A DNA stretch of 32,000 nucleotides from Longivirga aurantiaca (GTDB taxonomy: Bacteria; Actinomycetota; Actinomycetes; S36-B12; CAIYMF01), in NCBI RefSeq assembly GCF_042660085.1, contig NZ_JBHSTI010000008.1, positions 2,235,604-2,267,603 of the forward strand. The letters are read 5' to 3'. The notes beneath the pieces were generated by a model that was not told the DNA's origin, ran no database searches, and saw only the letters and a program-made list of their open reading frames with translations. Both the position numbers and the translations under genes were made by a program. Below, in pieces: positions 23,522-31,847 of this stretch. Position 1 is the first letter of the stretch. The number at the start of each line of letters is the position of its first letter.

Positions 23522-25033
23522 ATGCTGTGCCTCGTCACCGGTGCCACCGGCTACATCGGCGGCCGACTCGTCCCCGAGCTGCTCGCCGCCGGGCACGAGG
23601 TGCGCGTGCTGGCCCGCCACCCCGAGCGGCTCGTCGACCGCACCTGGGTCAACGACGTCCAGGTGGTCAGCGGCGATGCCGGTGATCCCGACGCCGTGCG
23701 AGCGGCGCTGCGCGGAGTCGACGTCGCCTACTACCTCATGCACTCGCTCATGGCCGGCGACGGGTTCCACGACGTCGAGGTGCTGCTCGCCCGGATCTTC
23801 GGGACGACAGCGCGCGACGAGAAGGTGAAGCGCGTCGTCTACCTCGGCGGGCTGCACCCCGAGAACGCGCCCGGCAGCCTCTCGGACCACATGGCGAGCA
23901 GGCGCCAGGTCGGCGAGATCCTGCGCGGGTCGGGCGTGCCGACGGCCGAGCTGCGCGCCGCCGTCATCATCGGCAGCGGCAGCGCGAGCTTCGAGATGAT
24001 CCGCTACCTCACCGAGCGACTGCCGTTCATGATCACCCCGAGGTGGCTGCGGATGCCGACGCAGCCGATCGCGGTCCGCGACGTCCTCTACTACCTCGTG
24101 CAGGCAGCCGCCTTGCCGCCGGAGGTCAACCGCACGTTCGACATCGGCGGCCCCGACGTGACGACGTACGAGGGGATGATCCAGGGCTACGCGAGGGCTG
24201 CGGGGCTGCGCAAGCGCACGATCATCGGAGCCCCGATCCTCACACCGCGGCTGTCGAGCCGGTGGGTCGGGCTCATGACGCCGGTCCCCAGCACGATGGC
24301 CCGACCGCTCGTCGAGAGCCTGTCGGCGCCCTCGGTCTGCTCCGAGCACGACATCGCGCGCTACATCCCCGACCCCGTCGACGGCCTGGTGCCGTACCAG
24401 CGCGCCGTCCAGCTGGCGCTCATGAAGCTGCAGTACGCCGACGTCCGCACCTCCTGGTCGAGCTCGAGCCTGCCCGGAGCGCCGAGCGACCCGCTGCCCA
24501 GCGACCCCGACTGGGCAGGAGGCGCGCTGTACGTCGACGCGCGCGAGACCGTGGTCGACGCGACGCCCGCCTCGCTCTGGCGCGTGATCGAGGGCCTCGG
24601 CGGCGACCGCGGCTACTACTCCTTCCCGCTCGCGTGGGAGGTGCGCGGCTGGCTCGACCGAGCGGTCGGAGGCGTCGGGCTCGCCCGCGGACGACGCCAC
24701 CCGGAGACCCTGCGCATCGGCGACCCCCTCGACTTCTGGCGGGTCGAGGAGCGCACGCCGCTGAGGCTCCTGCGGCTGCGCGGCGAGTTCCGGATGCCCG
24801 GGCTGGCCTGGCTCGAGCTCGGCATCCGCGAGGACCACGACGCCGACGGCCACCCGATCACCGTCTACACGCAGAAGGCCAGCTTCCACCCCCGGGGGAT
24901 GCCGGGCGAGGCGTACTGGAAGGCGATGCTCCCCTTCCACGGCATCATCTTCGGCTCGATGCTGAAGAACATCCGCGAGAACGCCGAGACCCTCGAGCGC
25001 ACGGGCACCCTGCCCACGATCGACGCCGCCTGA
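23522..25033 (+). CDS. NAD(P)-binding SDR-family protein with a C-terminal DUF2867-like domain.
   Basis: MLCLVTGATGYIGGRLV Rossmann motif. The C-terminal segment YYSFPLAWEVRGWLDRAVGGVGLARGRRHP is typical of DUF2867. Confidence 0.88.
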   Translation: MLCLVTGATGYIGGRLVPELLAAGHEVRVLARHPERLVDRTWVNDVQVVSGDAGDPDAVRAALRGVDVAYYLMHSLMAGDGFHDVEVLLARIFGTTARDEKVKRVVYLGGLHPENAPGSLSDHMASRRQVGEILRGSGVPTAELRAAVIIGSGSASFEMIRYLTERLPFMITPRWLRMPTQPIAVRDVLYYLVQAAALPPEVNRTFDIGGPDVTTYEGMIQGYARAAGLRKRTIIGAPILTPRLSSRWVGLMTPVPSTMARPLVESLSAPSVCSEHDIARYIPDPVDGLVPYQRAVQLALMKLQYADVRTSWSSSSLPGAPSDPLPSDPDWAGGALYVDARETVVDATPASLWRVIEGLGGDRGYYSFPLAWEVRGWLDRAVGGVGLARGRRHPETLRIGDPLDFWRVEERTPLRLLRLRGEFRMPGLAWLELGIREDHDADGHPITVYTQKASFHPRGMPGEAYWKAMLPFHGIIFGSMLKNIRENAETLERTGTLPTIDAA

Positions 25034-25082
25034 ACGGCCGGGCGAGGTCGGGCGGCCGTCGGCGAACGGGCATGATGGGCAC

Positions 25083-25535
25083 GTGACGCAAGGACCTCCC
25101 CCGACCCCGTACGAGGCCATGGGCGGATCCCCGTTCTTCGCCACCCTCGTGCACCGCTTCTACGAGGGCGTGTCCGACGATCCGCTGCTGCGGCCGATGT
25201 ACCCGCCGGGCGACCTCGAGCCCGCGGAGCGGCGGCTGCGGATGTTCCTCGAGCAGTACTGGGGCGGCCCCGGCACCTACTCCGAGGAGCGCGGCCACCC
25301 GCGCCTGCGCATGCGCCACAACCCCTACGTGATCGACGACGCCGCCCGCGACGCCTGGCTGTCGCACATGCGCCGCGCCCTCGACCTCGCGATGGACGAG
25401 CACGGCCTCGACCCGTCGTGGGAGCAGGAGCTCTGGCGCTACCTCGTGGGTGCCGCCATCGCGATGGTCAACCACGTGCCCGACGAGCAGCCCGGCATCC
25501 CGGTGGCCGACGACATCCAGGAGAAACCCCGATGA
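25083..25535 (+). CDS. glbO: Group II truncated hemoglobin (trHbO).
   Basis: GTG at 25083. FYEGVSDDPLLRPMYPPGDLEPAERRLRMFLEQYWGGPGTYSEERGHPRLRMRH is near-identical in pattern to mycobacterial GlbO as I remember it. Confidence 0.92.
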   Translation: MTQGPPPTPYEAMGGSPFFATLVHRFYEGVSDDPLLRPMYPPGDLEPAERRLRMFLEQYWGGPGTYSEERGHPRLRMRHNPYVIDDAARDAWLSHMRRALDLAMDEHGLDPSWEQELWRYLVGAAIAMVNHVPDEQPGIPVADDIQEKPR

Positions 25536-27205
25536 CCACCACCGACCTGCCCGAGCGCGAGGGCAACGCCGGTCTCCCCAGCCGCATCGAGCGCCCGTGG
25601 TGGCGCGACGCCGTCGTCTACCAGATCTACCCCCGCTCGTTCGCCGACAGCGACGGCGACGGCCTGGGCGACATCCCGGGCATCCGCCAGCGGCTGGCGC
25701 ACGTCGTCGACCTCGGGGTCGATGCGATCTGGCTGTCGCCGTTCTACCCGTCGCCGCTGCTCGACGGCGGGTACGACGTGGCCGATCCTCGCGACGTCGA
25801 CCCGCGCCTCGGCACGGTCGAGGATCTGCGCGGCCTGGTGCAGGACTGCCATGCGAACGGACTCAAGATCTTCGTCGACGTCGTGCCCAACCACTTCTCG
25901 TGGGCGCACCGCTGGTTCCGCGAGACGGCCGGCGCAGCGATCGACTCGCCGGAGTGGGCGCGCTTCCATGCGGTGCGCGGCCGCGGCGAGAACGGTGAGA
26001 TCGAGCCCAACGACTGGAGGAGCGCGTTCGGCGGCCCGGCGTGGACGCCCGTCGACGGGCACGCCGGCTGGTGGTACCTCCACCTCTTCGACTCCTCGCA
26101 GCCCGACGTGAACTGGGACAACCCCGAGGTCCACGCCGACTTCGTGCAGACGCTCCGCTTCTGGTTCGACATCGGGGTCGACGGCTTCCGCATCGACGTC
26201 GCCCACGGGCTCGTGAAGGCGCCCGGCTATCCCGACGAGGACAAGCCTGAGGACGGCCACGCGCAGGTGCTCGCCGGGGCCATCGCCGACTCCCCGCACT
26301 GGGACCAGCCCGGGGTGCACGACATCTGGCGCGAGTGGCGCCGCGTGGCCGACGAGTACTCGCCCGACCGCGCGTTCGTCGGTGAGGCCTGGGTCGCGAC
26401 GCCCGAGGCCCAGGCGGCGTACACCCGCCCGGGCGAGCTGCACACGACGTTCAACTTCCACTTCCTCAAGACCTGGTGGGAGGCCGACAAGCTGCGCGAG
26501 GTCATCGGCCTCTCGCTGCTGTCGTCCGCGGCGGTCGGCGCCCCGTGCACCTGGGTGCTGTCGAACCACGACGTGTGGCGACCGGTCACGCGCCTCGCCC
26601 CCTGGCTCGACGCGACGACGATCGACCTCGAGACGGGCAAGCGCCGCGCGCTCGCGATGAGCCTCGTGTCGCTGGCGCTCCCGGGGTCGGCGTACCTCTA
26701 CCAGGGCGAGGAGCTCGGCCTGCCCGAGGTGCTCGACATCCCCGACGAGCAGCGCCAGGACCCGACGTTCTTCCGCACCCACGGCGAGGTGAAGGGCCGC
26801 GACGGCTGCCGCGTGCCGCTGCCGTGGTCGGGTGACGCGTCGCCGTACGGCTTCTCGACGGGCACGCCGCACCTCCCCCAGCCCGACGGGTGGGGGCCGT
26901 TCACGGCCGAGGCGCAGAAGGCCGACCCGGGGTCGACCTTCTCGCTCTACAAGCGGGCCCTCGCCGTCCGGAAGGGCCTCGAGAGCCTGGGCGACGGCGA
27001 GATGCGGTGGATCGACGCCGGCCACTCCGACATCGTGGCGTTCGAGCGCCCCGGCGACCGGCCGGTGACTGTGTTCCTCGCGATGGGCGGCAGCGACCGC
27101 ATCGTTGCGGTGGACGGCGAGATCCTGGTGGAGTCGGGCGGGGTCACGCGCCAGGCTGACGGCATGCTGCACCTGCCGCCCGCCTCCGCCGTCTGGCTGG
27201 CGTAG
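25532..27205 (+). CDS. aglA: GH13 alpha-glucosidase / oligo-1,6-glucosidase-like enzyme.
   Basis: The ATG at 25532 overlaps the glbO TGA (ATGA). WWRDAVVYQIYPRSFADSDGDGLGDIPG, GFRIDVAHG (nucleophile region), VGEAW, SNHD. The symbol is assigned by analogy with mycobacterial glbO-aglA. Confidence 0.9.
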   Translation: MTTTDLPEREGNAGLPSRIERPWWRDAVVYQIYPRSFADSDGDGLGDIPGIRQRLAHVVDLGVDAIWLSPFYPSPLLDGGYDVADPRDVDPRLGTVEDLRGLVQDCHANGLKIFVDVVPNHFSWAHRWFRETAGAAIDSPEWARFHAVRGRGENGEIEPNDWRSAFGGPAWTPVDGHAGWWYLHLFDSSQPDVNWDNPEVHADFVQTLRFWFDIGVDGFRIDVAHGLVKAPGYPDEDKPEDGHAQVLAGAIADSPHWDQPGVHDIWREWRRVADEYSPDRAFVGEAWVATPEAQAAYTRPGELHTTFNFHFLKTWWEADKLREVIGLSLLSSAAVGAPCTWVLSNHDVWRPVTRLAPWLDATTIDLETGKRRALAMSLVSLALPGSAYLYQGEELGLPEVLDIPDEQRQDPTFFRTHGEVKGRDGCRVPLPWSGDASPYGFSTGTPHLPQPDGWGPFTAEAQKADPGSTFSLYKRALAVRKGLESLGDGEMRWIDAGHSDIVAFERPGDRPVTVFLAMGGSDRIVAVDGEILVESGGVTRQADGMLHLPPASAVWLA

Positions 27206-27210
27206 CCGAC

Positions 27211-28524
27211 GTGGCCGACGTGCTCCGTGGCCCGATCGGCTGGAAGCACCGGGCCTGGGCCGTCGCGGGGGTCACCTTCGTCGCCCTCGTGGCCGCGGCT
27301 GCGTTTCGCTCGAGCACCGGCGTCCTGATCCAGCCCGTGTCCGACGAGTTCGGCTGGTCGATCGCGACCGTGTCGGTCGCGGTCACGATCAACCTCATGC
27401 TCTACGGCCTCGTGGCGCCGTTCGCTGCGGCGCTCATGGAGAAGTGGGGCATCCGACGGGTCGTCGCGGCTGCCCTCTGCATGCTCGCGGCCGGCATGGC
27501 GCTGTCGACCCTCGTCACGGCGCCGTGGCAGCTCATGCTCACCTGGGGCCTGATGATGGGCCTCGGCGCCGGGTCGATGGCCCTGGTGTTCGGCGCCGTG
27601 GTCGCTCAGCGCTGGTTCGTGGCCCGCCGCGGGCTCGTGACCGGCATCTTCTCCGCAGCGTCGGCGACCGGGCAGCTCCTGTTCCTCCCCACCATCGCGC
27701 AGCTCTCGACGAACCAGGGCTGGCGCGCGGCGTCGTTCCTGCTCGCGGGGATCGCGCTGCTCGCCGTGCCGGTCGTGCTGCTCGTCCTCCGGGACCGGCC
27801 CTCCGACGTCGGGCTCCTCCCGTACGGCGCTCCCACGGGCTGGACCGAGGACGTCGTCGACAACGGCGGACGCGGGGCGGCGGCGATCGCCGTGCTCCGG
27901 CTGCGCGAGGCCTCGAGGACCCGCGCCTTCTGGCTGCTCGCCTTCGCGTTCTTCGTGTGCGGCTGGTCGACCAACGGCCTGGTCGGCACCCACTTCGTGC
28001 CGGCGGCGCACGACCACGGGATGCCCGCGACGACCGCGGCAGGGCTGCTCGCCCTCATCGGGGTCTTCGACCTCGTCGGCACGATCGGGTCGGGCTGGCT
28101 CACCGACCGGTACGACCCCCGCAAGCTCCTGCTCGTCTACTACGCGGGCCGCGGGCTCTCGCTGCTGATCGTGCACCTGCTCTGGGCGCCGACCGTGCAG
28201 CCGCCGATGTTCTTCTTCGTCGTCCTCTATGGCCTCGACTGGGTCGCGACCGTGCCGCCGACCGTGGCGCTGTGCCGCGAGTGCTTCGGCGGTGCGCGGG
28301 CGGGAGTCGTCTTCGGCTGGGTGTTCGCCTGGCACATGGTCGGCGCAGGGATCTCCGCCGTGGTGTCCGGCGTGATCCGGGAGGCCACCGGCTCCTACGA
28401 CTGGGCCTGGTGGTCGGCCGGCGCGCTCTGCCTGATGGCGGCGTGGGCGTCGTACGCCGTGCCTCGCGGCGACGTTCTGCGCGTGCCCGACCCGGCCCCC
28501 GCGCCGCAGCTCACCCCGCGCTGA
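27211..28524 (+). CDS. MFS transporter.
   Basis: GTG at 27211. 437 aa with about 12 hydrophobic helices and an MFS loop motif region (MEKWGIRRVV). Substrate unknown. Confidence 0.88.
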   Translation: MADVLRGPIGWKHRAWAVAGVTFVALVAAAAFRSSTGVLIQPVSDEFGWSIATVSVAVTINLMLYGLVAPFAAALMEKWGIRRVVAAALCMLAAGMALSTLVTAPWQLMLTWGLMMGLGAGSMALVFGAVVAQRWFVARRGLVTGIFSAASATGQLLFLPTIAQLSTNQGWRAASFLLAGIALLAVPVVLLVLRDRPSDVGLLPYGAPTGWTEDVVDNGGRGAAAIAVLRLREASRTRAFWLLAFAFFVCGWSTNGLVGTHFVPAAHDHGMPATTAAGLLALIGVFDLVGTIGSGWLTDRYDPRKLLLVYYAGRGLSLLIVHLLWAPTVQPPMFFFVVLYGLDWVATVPPTVALCRECFGGARAGVVFGWVFAWHMVGAGISAVVSGVIREATGSYDWAWWSAGALCLMAAWASYAVPRGDVLRVPDPAPAPQLTPR

Positions 28525-28525
28525 C

Positions 28526-29173
28526 TCAGGCCTCGGCGCCGACGAGCTCGCGCGTCCGCGTCGGCTCGGGCCGCGCGTCGGCTCCGCGACGGCGGGCCAT
28601 CTCGACGCCGGTGATCACGAAGTTGGTGCTGAGCGTCATGATCGCGGCGACGAGCACCGGAACGTCGAGGGTGAGGACGGCGAACGCCAGCCAGCACAGC
28701 TGCGACACGACCTTGAGCAGCTGCGAGGTCAGCGAGATCGCCGACGGACCCATGCCGCGGCGCAGCCACACCGTCTCGAACACCTGCGGCCACATACCGG
28801 TGAGGCCGATGGCGAGGGCGAAGAAGCCGGCCACCTCGGGCTCGAGCAGCGTCGACACGAGCACCATCGCTACGGTCGTGAGGGCGAGTCCGACCGCGCG
28901 CACCGCACGGCTCCAGGCCGCCGGCACGAGCAGCACGATCGCGACCGCGCCGCTCACGAGCAGGATGTTGCCCGGGATCTGCGGCATCGAGCCCGTGCGC
29001 ACGCCGTACGCGATCCAGGTCGTGCAGGACACGACCGTGATCGCCCAGGTCCACGGGGACACACCGCCCATGTGCGGGTGGCGCACGATCCGGAGGATCT
29101 GCGGGATGACCATGGCGACGCCGATGGCGGAGCCGAGGTAGGCGAGGGCGGTGCCGAGGTCTGCGGGGCTCAC
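28526..29173 (-). CDS. 7-TM membrane protein with two PQ-loop motifs (SWEET/SemiSWEET-related, 3+1+3 arrangement).
   Basis: GTG at 29173 with GGAAG 8 nt upstream. PQ motifs are VIPQILRIV (aa 23-25) and MWPQVFETVW (aa 128-130), each at the first helix of a three-helix block, with a central helix at aa about 92-110. 215 aa. Confidence 0.8.
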   Translation of the reverse strand: MSPADLGTALAYLGSAIGVAMVIPQILRIVRHPHMGGVSPWTWAITVVSCTTWIAYGVRTGSMPQIPGNILLVSGAVAIVLLVPAAWSRAVRAVGLALTTVAMVLVSTLLEPEVAGFFALAIGLTGMWPQVFETVWLRRGMGPSAISLTSQLLKVVSQLCWLAFAVLTLDVPVLVAAIMTLSTNFVITGVEMARRRGADARPEPTRTRELVGAEA

Positions 29174-29190
29174 GTGGGGACTTCCTGCTT

Positions 29191-29204
29191 CTGTATGGAT
29201 ACAG
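29191..29204. promoter_or_regulatory. Inverted repeat CTGTAT-gg-ATACAG, a candidate operator in the PQ-loop/LacI divergent promoter region.
   Basis: Perfect 6-2-6 inverted repeat. An extra ATACAG half-site lies at 29214-29219. Confidence 0.4.
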
Positions 29205-29229
29205 TCTGGAACGATACAGGACGAACAAG

Positions 29230-29243
29230 GGATCGGTCGATCC
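29230..29243. promoter_or_regulatory. Inverted repeat GGATCG-gt-CGATCC, a second candidate operator.
   Basis: Perfect 6-2-6 inverted repeat, 28 nt upstream of the LacI-family gene start. Confidence 0.35.
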
Positions 29244-29271
29244 GTATTCCCGGTCGAGAGGAGAGCGTGAG

Positions 29272-30321
29272 GTGGCAGCCGAGCGGCCCACGCTGGACAC
29301 CGTCGCGCAGGCGGCCGGTGTCTCGCGGATGACCGTGTCGAACGCCTACAACCGGCCCGACCAGCTCTCGGCCGCCACCCGGGCGCGCGTGCTCGCCGTC
29401 GCCGCCGAGCTCGGGTACGGCGGCCCCGATCCTGCCGGCCGCTCCTTGCGCCGCGGCAGCACGGGCACGATCGGCATCGTCCTCACCGAGAGCCTGTCGT
29501 ACGCCTTCACCGACCCGGGCCTGGTCGCCTTCCTCCGCGGCATCGCCGACGTCCTGTCCCCCGCAGGAAGGGCGATGCTGCTCGTGCCCACGCACGCCGG
29601 CGGCGCGGAGGACCTCGTCCGCTCCGCCCTGGTCGACGCGTTCGTCGTCTGCTCGCTCGGCGACGACGACCCGGTCGTCGCGGCCGTGCGCAGCCGCGGG
29701 CTGCCCCTCGTCACCATGGGCTCGCCACGGCTCAAGGGCGTGCCGTTCCTCGGCATCGACAACGCGGCAGCCTCAGGGCTCGCCGCCGACCACCTCGTCG
29801 CGCTCGGGCACCGGCGGCTCGCCGTCGTCGGCGTGCCCACCACCATGACGCTCGACCCCGACGGTCCGGCGGTCCCGTCGCGCGGTGGCTTCCGCCGACG
29901 CGTCGAGGGGTTCGTGGCGGCCGCGTCGAGGCACGGCGTCGACCCGGCATCGATCACGGTGGTCGAGGCGCGCAACAACTCCACCGACGCCGGGCGAGAG
30001 GCCGCGGCCGCGCTCATGACCGGGCGGCGGCGCCCCACCGGGATCTTCGCGGTGAGCGATGCGCTCGCCCTCGGGGTGCTGGGTGCCGCTGCGGACGCCG
30101 ACCTGCACGTGCCGGGCGACGTCTCGGTCGTCGGGTTCGATGGGATCGACGAGGCCGGCTACAGCCGGCCGCCGCTCACGACCGTCGCGCAGGATCTGCG
30201 CGCCCAGGGGCGCCTCGCGGGCACCGCCGCGCTCACCCTGCTCGAGGGCAGTCCGGTACAGATTCCGAGGACCGTGCCCGAGCTCGTGGTGCGGGCGAGC
30301 ACCGCTCCCCCGCGTCGCTGA
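29272..30321 (+). CDS. LacI-family transcriptional regulator.
   Basis: GTG at 29272 with GGAGAG upstream. The N-terminal HTH is PTLDTVAQAAGVSRMTVSNAYNRP, followed by a periplasmic-binding-protein-like sugar-binding core. Confidence 0.92.
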   Translation: MAAERPTLDTVAQAAGVSRMTVSNAYNRPDQLSAATRARVLAVAAELGYGGPDPAGRSLRRGSTGTIGIVLTESLSYAFTDPGLVAFLRGIADVLSPAGRAMLLVPTHAGGAEDLVRSALVDAFVVCSLGDDDPVVAAVRSRGLPLVTMGSPRLKGVPFLGIDNAAASGLAADHLVALGHRRLAVVGVPTTMTLDPDGPAVPSRGGFRRRVEGFVAAASRHGVDPASITVVEARNNSTDAGREAAAALMTGRRRPTGIFAVSDALALGVLGAAADADLHVPGDVSVVGFDGIDEAGYSRPPLTTVAQDLRAQGRLAGTAALTLLEGSPVQIPRTVPELVVRASTAPPRR

Positions 30322-30672
30322 TCAGCCCTGCAGCAGCTCGGGGTCGGACAGCCCGTCGTCCTCGCGTGCGGGCTGGGCCCGGAGTGCGGCGGAGCGGTCG
30401 AGCACGCCGTCGGCGACGAACGAGGCCACGACTCCCGCGCCGCACAGGATGCACAGCGCGATGGAGATGACCCCCAGCACCGGGGTCCCGGCGAGGAGCA
30501 CATCGGTGATCGCGCTGCGCGAGCTCCGGATGATCTCGCCCGTCTCCGGGTCGATGTCCGGGATGTCGGAGATCGCGTTGAAGGTCGTCGCCGAGAGCAC
30601 GGCGAAGGCGAGGATCCCGAGGAGGCCGAACACCACGGCTGCGAGGACGAGACGACGACGAAGACCTGACAT
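30322..30672 (-). CDS. Small membrane protein (116 aa, 2 TM helices).
   Basis: ATG at 30670-30672 with high GC3 throughout. TM helices are LVLAAVVFGLLGILAFAVL and VLGVISIALCILCGAGVVASFV. Its stop codon abuts the LacI stop with zero gap. Confidence 0.65.
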   Translation of the reverse strand: MSGLRRRLVLAAVVFGLLGILAFAVLSATTFNAISDIPDIDPETGEIIRSSRSAITDVLLAGTPVLGVISIALCILCGAGVVASFVADGVLDRSAALRAQPAREDDGLSDPELLQG

Positions 30673-30753
30673 GTGGCACCCCCCGGTGCCGGCGGTCCCT
30701 CCGCCGACGCCCCGACCGTAGTGCAGGTGGGGTGCCGGATGCCTCAGCGACGC

Positions 30754-31410
30754 TCAGCGGCTGGTGGGCACGACCGAGAGGCGCACAGGGCCGGCGCTGT
30801 TGCGCACGAAGACCTGCCCCGCGGGGGTCACGAGGCGCTTCCACCCCGTGGTGGTGCCGGTCTCGATGCGGGCACCGGGATGGGTGAGGAAGCCGAGCAG
30901 CCGCGCGGCATGCAGAGCGCGCATCGGCACGCCGCCCCAGCCTGCGGCGTCCCACGCGGCCTCGGCCACGAGCTCGGCGTGGAACGAGCCGTTGCTCGGC
31001 ACCGCGGCGCGGAACGCGGCGACCGCGGCGTCCACCTTGGGCGTCACGTCGCCGGCCATGCCGCGCTCGCCCGGGCTCCACGGCGTACGCGGTGGCAGCA
31101 CCGCGAGCGACGCCGATCCGGTGACGGGGTCGGGGATGACGACGTCGGTCTCCGGCGCCAGCCGGGCGACGTCGCCGATCACGTCGCGCAGACGTCCGGC
31201 CGACACCGTGGTGTCGATCGAGTCCTCGACCGGGTGCACCAGGGGCAGCGCGACGAGGACGAGCACGTCCATCGGGCTCGGGCCGTAGACGCCGACGACG
31301 CCCCCGCGCGCCTGCAGCCGGACGGCTGAGCGCTCGTCCCACGAGACGAGACGGCCGAGGTACGCCGCGAGGTACGCGACCTCGTCCTTGGCCAGCCTGA
31401 GCGTCGTCAC
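30754..31410 (-). CDS. Conserved actinobacterial hypothetical protein (218 aa).
   Basis: Clean ORF with normal composition. Its size and its position next to the thioesterase and ettA match Rv2474c as I recall it. I recognise no motif. Confidence 0.8.
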   Translation of the reverse strand: MTTLRLAKDEVAYLAAYLGRLVSWDERSAVRLQARGGVVGVYGPSPMDVLVLVALPLVHPVEDSIDTTVSAGRLRDVIGDVARLAPETDVVIPDPVTGSASLAVLPPRTPWSPGERGMAGDVTPKVDAAVAAFRAAVPSNGSFHAELVAEAAWDAAGWGGVPMRALHAARLLGFLTHPGARIETGTTTGWKRLVTPAGQVFVRNSAGPVRLSVVPTSR

Positions 31411-31423
31411 GGGGGCAACCCTG

Positions 31424-31840
31424 TCAGGAAGCCGGACCGTCCGCGAACTGTGCGAGGTAGCCGCGCAACGAGTCGTCGAGCGGGGCGGGCCGCATGCTCC
31501 CGTTGTCGACCTGCACGAGCACGGACCGCCCGACGGCGTAGACCGTGTCGCCCTCGGGCTCGCGGATCTCGTGGACGAACGTGTACGACGTCGTGCCGAT
31601 GCGCTCGACCCAGGTGTCGACGGCGATCGGCTCGTCCCGGTGGTTGAGCACCGCGCGGTAGTCGAGCTCGAGCCGGGCCACCACGGTGTCCTGCTGCGGA
31701 TGCCGGAGCCCGCCCCGCCACCGCAGGATGATCTCCATGCGGGCCTCCTGCAGGTACGTCGCGTAGACGACGTTGTTCACATGGCCGAGCCAGTCGAGGT
31801 CGGCCGTGCGGGTCTGCAGCAGGTAGCGGTGGCGGGCCAC
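31424..31840 (-). CDS. Hotdog-fold acyl-CoA thioesterase (4HBT/YbgC-like).
   Basis: The GTG at 31838-31840 gives VARHRYLLQTRTADLDWLGHVNNVVY (DxxGHVNN catalytic region). 138 aa. The alternative ATG at 31879 would overlap ettA by 32 nt. Confidence 0.85.
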   Translation of the reverse strand: MARHRYLLQTRTADLDWLGHVNNVVYATYLQEARMEIILRWRGGLRHPQQDTVVARLELDYRAVLNHRDEPIAVDTWVERIGTTSYTFVHEIREPEGDTVYAVGRSVLVQVDNGSMRPAPLDDSLRGYLAQFADGPAS

Positions 31841-31847
31841 GGGCGCG

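Noticed and set aside
10485-25535. Longer N-terminal extensions offered by the track: nei to 11447, rpiB to 12270, pepN from 12249, DUF5130 to 15479, amidase to 19519, the 52-aa gene to 20203, POP from 20119 and aglA from 25418.
   Set aside because: The extensions are Arg/Pro/Gly-rich and overlap neighbouring genes or promoters. They also lack family-conserved N-termini: Nei needs Pro2, RpiB starts MRVHLGADH, and GH13 starts just before WWRDAVVYQIYP. Internal starts have better SD or overlap geometry.
12105-29141. Other long antisense or out-of-frame ORFs in the track, for example 12105..14702(-), 12857..14953(+), 15786..17987(+), 15958..17601(-), 17984..20191(+), 21022..22461(-), 22160..23383(-), 23441..25144(-), 25439..27172(-), 26947..28335(-) and 27105..29141(+).
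   Set aside because: Each overlaps a gene with clear family motifs in another frame or on the other strand. Each also shows the Arg/Pro/Gly/Asp-biased composition expected of non-coding frames in >70% GC DNA.
30675-30705. Two adjacent short GC hairpins (GGCACC-cccc-GGTGCC and GGCGG-tccct-CCGCC) between the 218-aa gene and the small membrane gene.
   Set aside because: The stems are only 5-6 bp with no U tract, and the first lies 3 nt from the downstream start codon. Such hairpins are expected by chance in this GC content, so they are not called as a terminator.
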